Source of the DNA: an uncultured archaeon
GTDB lineage: Archaea > Asgardarchaeota > Thorarchaeia > Thorarchaeales > Thorarchaeaceae
Direction: 5' to 3'
NCBI GenBank assembly: GCA_964558645.1
Contig: CAZLEV010000013.1
Span: 32,001 to 96,000 of the forward strand
DNA: 64,000 nucleotides
The notes under the pieces are model-generated. The model ran no database searches and had not been told where the DNA came from. It saw only the letters and a list, made by a program, of their open reading frames with translations. Positions 58,413 through 64,000 of this stretch are shown here, in pieces; positions within the stretch are counted from its first letter, which is position 1; each line of letters begins with the position of its first letter. Made by a program: the position numbers and the translations under genes.

Positions 58413-59411
58413 CTACTCGACAGCTCCCAGCTCACTCATATTACCAACAACTTCAAGGCCAGCATTCATTCCCGTCCCCTCGAAGAGCAGTTCGTTCTGT
58501 CCGTCAGTTGTTTCATAGAGTTTCAGATGAATCTCGGCAGTTAGACTCTCAACAATTCGACCGTCCATCAGACCACTCTCAGGAGAGCGCAGTGTCGCTC
58601 CTCCAGAACGAGATGCATTCACCAAGAGATTATGCTTGCGGTCAGACACCTTGAACTGGACTTCCCTGGGTGTGATCTGAATGTCAGAGACCTTGGCTCT
58701 CGTATATGTCGTGAATCGGTAGACCTTGCCTTCAAAGAGTAATCCGATGAGGAATCCTGCAAAGGACCTTCTAATCCAAGGGATTGTTGCTATCGAAGAT
58801 GTGAAAGAGATGCCGGTCTCCTCAAAATGGTTTGACTGCATCCATATCCAAGCACTTGGAAATCCAGCTCCCCAGTCTTTCTCGATGTAGCCGCGGCCAC
58901 CAGAGAAATCGATGCTCTGTCCATCAACCTCAATGGAACCATCCAGTGCATGATCGAAACTGAGAATCCCGTGAAGACACTCCATTCCGGGGATGAATCG
59001 GAATGGGCCCATGGCCCCGGGACTGAGTCGTGACACCGGCCATGGAACTGGTTCTCCGAATCTCACATGACCTCTCACTGTGTCCGCTTCATCGGCTATA
59101 TCCAGAGAGATTCCTTGGAGGCTGAAGACATTCTTGTCAATCCAGATCTTGAAGCTGTCATCAGAGGTCTGGAAATCATCGAGCTGGAAATCATGATAGG
59201 TAGAACGAGCGTTGGGGCCTCTCATGACTTGAATGAATGAGTGTGAGTCCTGAGCGCTATCACCAAAGGAAACGCCCGGGATGATAGCAAGAGAGTCATC
59301 GCGGGCCTCATTGACCATCTTGAAGTACCAGCCCTCGAAGTAGTTCCTCATCTTCGCCCGTCCTTGGTACATCTCGGGTCTCCAAATCGCTCGTAACCGC
59401 CTCGGAATCAT
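58413..59411 (-). CDS. Tocopherol cyclase family protein
   Basis: YFEGWYFK, MGPF, GYIEKDWG..FP..WIW.QSN. Confidence 0.85.
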   Translation of the reverse strand: MIPRRLRAIWRPEMYQGRAKMRNYFEGWYFKMVNEARDDSLAIIPGVSFGDSAQDSHSFIQVMRGPNARSTYHDFQLDDFQTSDDSFKIWIDKNVFSLQGISLDIADEADTVRGHVRFGEPVPWPVSRLSPGAMGPFRFIPGMECLHGILSFDHALDGSIEVDGQSIDFSGGRGYIEKDWGAGFPSAWIWMQSNHFEETGISFTSSIATIPWIRRSFAGFLIGLLFEGKVYRFTTYTRAKVSDIQITPREVQFKVSDRKHNLLVNASRSGGATLRSPESGLMDGRIVESLTAEIHLKLYETTDGQNELLFEGTGMNAGLEVVGNMSELGAVE

Positions 59412-59515
59412 TGAGTTTCAACTACAAGTCTGATAATGATAAGTACCTGTTATTTGTGTCCATCGAGTCGCATAAATCATATTCTCATAGTCCACTATGA
59501 CTGATGTGATACAGA

Positions 59516-60316
59516 ATGGATACAAAGCTTAACGGAAGACATGTGCTGATTAGTGGAGCCTCTGGCGGTATCGGCCATACGACCGCCGAACTCTTTCTGC
59601 AGGAGGGCTGTATGGTAACTGCATGCTATCACACCAAGCCCAGAAACCTAAGTAGACTGAGTACTCAGTATCCTGACACGCTCCTGCTCGCACAAGTCGA
59701 TGTCACAGAAGAACAGCAGGTGGAGAAGCTCTTTGAACAGTCGAAGGCCGAGTTTGGCAGGGTAGACATACTGGTCGCAAATGCGGGAATTGCCAATAAT
59801 CACGGGCGTGGAATCCACGAGATGCCTGTGGAACAGTGGAACAGGACCTTGGCGGTCAACCTCACCGGCGTGTTTCTCTGTGCAAAGCACTTCTTCAAGA
59901 ATCTCGATGAACACCGAGGGGATACGGCAGCACTCGTAATGATAGGTTCTACCGCAGGGATCTTCGGAGAGGCGTGGTACTGCGACTATGCCGCATCAAA
60001 GGCCGCAATGCACGGTCTGATGATGAGTCTGAAGAATGAGATCGTTCACCTTACTCCACGGGGAAGAGTGAATATCGTGAGTCCTGGCTGGACGATGACG
60101 CCCATGGCCAAGGGCGCACTTCAGGATAAGGACATGCTGAAGACAATACTCCAGACCGTTCCCCTTCGTAAGACAGCCGTGACAGGCGACATCGCCAGTG
60201 CAATCGTCTTTCTCGCATCAGATCGACTTGCAGGGCACATCAGTGGACAGACCGTCACAGTGGCAGGCGGAATGGAGGGCAGGGTGTTATTCACACGGGA
60301 TGATTTTGACATGTGA
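59516..60316 (+). CDS. SDR family oxidoreductase
   Basis: GASGGIG, NAG, YAASK. Confidence 0.9.
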   Translation: MDTKLNGRHVLISGASGGIGHTTAELFLQEGCMVTACYHTKPRNLSRLSTQYPDTLLLAQVDVTEEQQVEKLFEQSKAEFGRVDILVANAGIANNHGRGIHEMPVEQWNRTLAVNLTGVFLCAKHFFKNLDEHRGDTAALVMIGSTAGIFGEAWYCDYAASKAAMHGLMMSLKNEIVHLTPRGRVNIVSPGWTMTPMAKGALQDKDMLKTILQTVPLRKTAVTGDIASAIVFLASDRLAGHISGQTVTVAGGMEGRVLFTRDDFDM

Positions 60317-60351
60317 CCCCAGAGCCAAGCGTTTATATCTTAATGATACAT

Positions 60352-60370
60352 ATATGTAATAGCTACATAT
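60352..60370. promoter_or_regulatory. ATATGTA-N5-TACATAT palindrome downstream of TATA (TTTATAT 60332), candidate PadR operator
   Basis: Perfect 7-bp inverted repeat over the likely TSS of the operon containing padR. Confidence 0.45.
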
Positions 60371-60390
60371 TGGATATGGAGGCATATGGA

Positions 60391-60882
60391 ATGGCAAATC
60401 TATTGGTTCTGGGAATTGTGAAATTCCTTCACGATCTCTTTACAACAATATGGGTCGGCGGATTAATCACACTGGGAATCAGCGTCATGCCATCGGTCAA
60501 GAAATCAATGGGAATGGGGCCGGAGGCAAACAAGTTGATGGACACCATCAGGAAGAAACTCAGCATATTGGTCTATGTCAGCATAATTGGCCTGTTCGTA
60601 ACTGGGCTGTTGATGGGAAATAGCTCGCCCCTCTATTCAGGCGTTCTGTCCATCAGTAACGAGTATTCGGCCCTGCTAACGGCGAAGCATCTCGTCGTTG
60701 CATTGATGGTAGTCCTGGCCCTTGTCAGAAGTCGAGTTCTTCCGAGAATGTCGCTAGAGGACATGAAGAAGACAAAGATGGGTGCAAGACTAACAATCCT
60801 AAACATGATCCTCGGAATCGTAGTACTGCTACTGAGTGCATTCGCCTCTGCGATGACCATCGTCGCACTTTCTTCAGGCTAA
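60391..60882 (+). CDS. CopD/DUF4149-like 4-TM membrane protein
   Basis: FLHDL...IWVGG, TG, KH motifs; ATG 60391 after GGAGG. Confidence 0.7.
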   Translation: MANLLVLGIVKFLHDLFTTIWVGGLITLGISVMPSVKKSMGMGPEANKLMDTIRKKLSILVYVSIIGLFVTGLLMGNSSPLYSGVLSISNEYSALLTAKHLVVALMVVLALVRSRVLPRMSLEDMKKTKMGARLTILNMILGIVVLLLSAFASAMTIVALSSG

Positions 60883-60927
60883 AAAGCGGATACTATCCTC
60901 CGACGGTCTAGAGTAGGTTATGAAATC

Positions 60928-61323
60928 GTGACAAAACACAGCGGGCAACATAAAGATCACCCTTCAGGCGAACAAGAGTATAGTCCACTTGAACCACTTC
61001 CGATTGTCAGGATAATGCTTCTATTGCTGGTACGCGATGAACCCGGATCAACGGGGTATGATCTGATAGGACTGATAGAAGAACTAACCCATGGTCATGC
61101 GATGATCCAGTCAGGCACCGTCTATGGGGAGCTGCGTAGACTGGAGAAGCATGGGATGCTCACTTCTCAGAGAGAGAAGGATGGCAGGCGGAGAAGGGAA
61201 TATCAGATAACGGAGCAGGGTGAACAGGAGCTTGCAATGCTGATGGCTCAGGTGAGGATGCGAACTAGGACTGTTCTAAAGCCCTTACTCTCTCGATACT
61301 ACGAAGAGGACACTAGCGAATAA
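60928..61323 (+). CDS. PadR family transcriptional regulator
   Basis: GYDL, GTVY..LRRLE..G, RREYQITEQG. Confidence 0.88.
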   Translation: MTKHSGQHKDHPSGEQEYSPLEPLPIVRIMLLLLVRDEPGSTGYDLIGLIEELTHGHAMIQSGTVYGELRRLEKHGMLTSQREKDGRRRREYQITEQGEQELAMLMAQVRMRTRTVLKPLLSRYYEEDTSE

Positions 61324-61335
61324 TAGGAGGCATCA

Positions 61336-62106
61336 TTGTTGAGAGCTATGGGTTTTGATGAAGTTGCACTTGCCTATGACTCTTCAATAGACTGGGAAGC
61401 ACGCCTTTCTAGAGAGATTCCATTTATGATTGAATCAACTGGGAGCATCGACCAGAAACGCGTACTTGATCTGGCCTGTGGTACGGGGAGGCATGCAATT
61501 GTTTTGAGTAAGCTAGGTGCAACTGTCGTGGGTATCGATAGTAGCGAAACGATGATTAATCAGGCAAGAAAGCTAGCTGCAGAGGAGCATGCTGATGTTA
61601 AATTCTTGATTGCAGACATGAAAGAGATGCACGTGTTACTTCGAAACAAGTTCGATCTTGTCATATGTCTGGGTAACTCCTTGGCGCTTCTCAGTAATCT
61701 AGACTCATTGAAAGAGGTGATATCAGACATAAGAGACATACTCGTTCCGGGCGGCAGATTCATCGCACAGATTCTCAACTTCGAAGAAATCCTCAATTCA
61801 CGGTTCCGCTATATGCCTCCGAAGTCCGGGCGAACCGTAGACGGAAACGAGATTGTCTTCTTCCGCTTCTTCTCTCATGCTGATGAATCAGAGGTTTCTA
61901 CACTCATACTCAGTGCATTCGAGAGAAGAGGAGCTGAATGGGAAGTAACGATGCGCTCCATGGATGTATTGCAACTCAATCACGACATTATTGGGAGTAT
62001 GATGACTGCTGCTGGGTTCACGCGTTTCAGATACTATTCGTCCTATGAGGGGGTGCCTTTCAATAGCAGGAGAGACAGAAACCTCATTGCTGTCGCTATC
62101 AAGTAA
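61336..62106 (+). CDS. Class I SAM-dependent methyltransferase
   Basis: VLDLACGTG, GID.S, FDLVICLGNS, LVPGG. Confidence 0.88.
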   Translation: MLRAMGFDEVALAYDSSIDWEARLSREIPFMIESTGSIDQKRVLDLACGTGRHAIVLSKLGATVVGIDSSETMINQARKLAAEEHADVKFLIADMKEMHVLLRNKFDLVICLGNSLALLSNLDSLKEVISDIRDILVPGGRFIAQILNFEEILNSRFRYMPPKSGRTVDGNEIVFFRFFSHADESEVSTLILSAFERRGAEWEVTMRSMDVLQLNHDIIGSMMTAAGFTRFRYYSSYEGVPFNSRRDRNLIAVAIK

Positions 62107-62147
62107 CATGAGAAACAGTCGCCGGTTTTCGGCGCCCATTTATGTTT

Positions 62148-62711
62148 CTATGGCCAGACATCTTCCTGTTCAGGCTCTGTGATTTCCTCTGTTTCTTCTT
62201 TCTCCCACCACATCTGCTCATTATCGCTTTCAATCCATGTTGGTGTGGCAGGTGGTGGCCAAGTCCTCAGAACCAGGTATCCAAGTAGAAGCACAATCGG
62301 CACGGGAATGAATGCAAAATTGGTACCGCAGGGATAGAAAAGCACCATTATTATGGTCGGAGCCATCATGAAGAGAAACGGCAGCAATTCGGATAGAATG
62401 CCAACTCGGATTGTTGTCTTTCTTGTCTTTTCAACAGAGTAGCATTTGTGCACGAAATAGATGAAAATGACCTTCAGCCCATAGAGTGGGAAGTTACTCA
62501 ACAGCATGATTGGGTTGATGTAAAAGTAACTGTAGCTTCCAAGCGCCAAAATCCATGTTGGTGCGTAGATAGACAGTGTGGAACCGCCGATGTATACTGT
62601 GAAGACGATAAACATCGGACTAAGCAGCATCACAACAAGTAGGATGGCGGCCATGGTCTGTTGGCTGACAGGCAGGTCATGTCGATATGCAGAGTTGTCG
62701 ACGGATTGCAA
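62148..62711 (-). CDS. Hypothetical membrane protein
   Basis: 4-5 TM helices, acidic W-rich tail. Confidence 0.7.
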   Translation of the reverse strand: MQSVDNSAYRHDLPVSQQTMAAILLVVMLLSPMFIVFTVYIGGSTLSIYAPTWILALGSYSYFYINPIMLLSNFPLYGLKVIFIYFVHKCYSVEKTRKTTIRVGILSELLPFLFMMAPTIIMVLFYPCGTNFAFIPVPIVLLLGYLVLRTWPPPATPTWIESDNEQMWWEKEETEEITEPEQEDVWP

Positions 62712-62766
62712 TCCATATCCTCCTATGGAACCAAATGCATGTGTTACCTTTACTAGTTTTCTCTAT

Positions 62767-62975
62767 CCGATTGCATACATCTTTGTGAAACTTGGGCATT
62801 CCTAGACATCAATCAGACGACAGTCCTAGACAACTGATAGAACAGTATATCGCTAAGCACGATTATCTGAGGATGCTGGTGACCCGACACAGTACAGACC
62901 TCGCAGAGCTGCCCCATTACCGTTACATCGATGTACGAAACTCTGGTGTCCAGGATCATACAACTTACAATGAAC
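62767..62975 (-). repeat. Diverged copy of the ~190-210 bp structured dispersed repeat family
   Basis: Last 63 nt align ungapped to copies A and B (ccgttac...ctctggtgtcca...acaatgaac). Left part tgaaacttgggca...tagaca matches the 6159 copy. Confidence 0.7.
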
Positions 62976-62980
62976 GATAA

Positions 62981-64000
62981 CTATCTGTACTTTCTCATAG
63001 CTAGTATGACCAAGACAACAATCACAGGGACTACAACCACAGAAATGAGTACAACAGGAGGTATTGAATGAAAAGAAGGAGTACTCGAGGCGGTAGTAGT
63101 TGTTGTAGTGGTTGTGATGGTACTGGTAGTTGTTGTGGTTGTGACATTAGTAATCGAAAGCGGATTTCCTGTGAAGTAGTCGGCCATTAGATAGAAGATT
63201 TCTGTGTTGTCAATCGTGTAGTTATCAGGTAGTGATTGGAGAGTACTTCCAAAACCATAGAGTGGGACAGGTACTGCGGTGTGATAGTCCGAGCTCCAAG
63301 ATACCGTGATATTGTTTGCTCTCTCGATTCTGAGGCTACGATTCCCGCTTTCGTCCATCGATGAATCCGGAAGGGCTCCATTCAATGTTTCACTGATGAC
63401 TGCAAGCCCACCAGTCTCATGGTCGGCTGTAACCAAGAGAATCGTGTTCGCGTTTGATTTCACATGTTCAATGGCAACACCCACGGCTTCGTCGAAGGCA
63501 ATTGTGTCCAAGGCGTCATTGACTTTGTGGTTGTCATGCCCAGCATGGTCAATCCTGCCTCCCTCGACCATCAGAAAGAAACCATCTGAGTCCTGAGACA
63601 GCACATCAATTGACTTTTCAGTCATCTCTGCAAGTGAAGGGGTCTCACTAAAATCGCGATTTTTCTCGTAGTCCATATAAGAGTCGGAAAACAGGCCGAG
63701 AATCTTACCTGATGCCACGGATAGAAGTTGCGACCGATTCGTCACAATAGAATACCCATTCCCCTCCATGGTTGTCAACTGGGATCCAGTGAAATACGAG
63801 GTCCCACCACCCAGGATTATATCAACACTAGTTTCTTCAACTAGCTGTCGGGATATCTCGCTGTAACTGGAGCGACTTTGAACGTGAGCGTAGAAGCCTG
63901 CAGGGGTTGCATGCTGGACAAAGCAGGTCGAAACCACACCGGTGGACTTGTTGAGTCCATGTGCAATCTCTAGGATAGTTTCAAGTGTTTCTCCGCCGGG
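62981..64000 (-). CDS. Alkaline phosphatase, C-terminally anchored; 5' end outside the window
   Basis: STG.VST...HATPA, LGGG, FFLMVEGGRIDHAGH, VTADHETGG; Thr stalk and TM; frame open to 64000. Confidence 0.92.
   Translation of the reverse strand, partial: PGGETLETILEIAHGLNKSTGVVSTCFVQHATPAGFYAHVQSRSSYSEISRQLVEETSVDIILGGGTSYFTGSQLTTMEGNGYSIVTNRSQLLSVASGKILGLFSDSYMDYEKNRDFSETPSLAEMTEKSIDVLSQDSDGFFLMVEGGRIDHAGHDNHKVNDALDTIAFDEAVGVAIEHVKSNANTILLVTADHETGGLAVISETLNGALPDSSMDESGNRSLRIERANNITVSWSSDYHTAVPVPLYGFGSTLQSLPDNYTIDNTEIFYLMADYFTGNPLSITNVTTTTTTSTITTTTTTTTASSTPSFHSIPPVVLISVVVVPVIVVLVILAMRKYR

Overview
Archaeal chromosomal segment, most likely from an Asgard archaeon (Thorarchaeia-like). This placement is inferred from the HdrABC/DUF2096 content, short LRR proteins, membrane zinc-ribbon proteins, GAGGTGA-type Shine-Dalgarno sites and many TTG starts. 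The left ~31 kb is an energy-metabolism island: AOR, a group 3b [NiFe] sulfhydrogenase (hydBGDA), two internally duplicated HdrA genes (one fused to MvhD), three hdrCB pairs, two 2-oxoacid:ferredoxin oxidoreductases and CopB. The right half holds ahcY, a short alaS, PiT/DUF47, secreted hydrolases, regulators and LRR proteins. No rRNA, tRNA, CRISPR array or transposase was seen. Three signals lie outside the ORF track. (1) A dispersed, non-coding ~190-210 bp repeat family has four same-orientation copies (6159-6364, 33369-33555, 38217-38403, 62767-62975) and possibly a fifth. Its copies show compensatory base changes supporting a multi-stem, probably pseudoknotted RNA on the minus strand. (2) Two paralogous 20-aa Lys-rich micro-ORFs with strong SD sites are duplicated with a 503-bp period inside the hdr cluster. 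(3) A 55-aa double desulforedoxin-like (CxxC...HCG) metal-binding mini-protein is encoded at 56180-56347.
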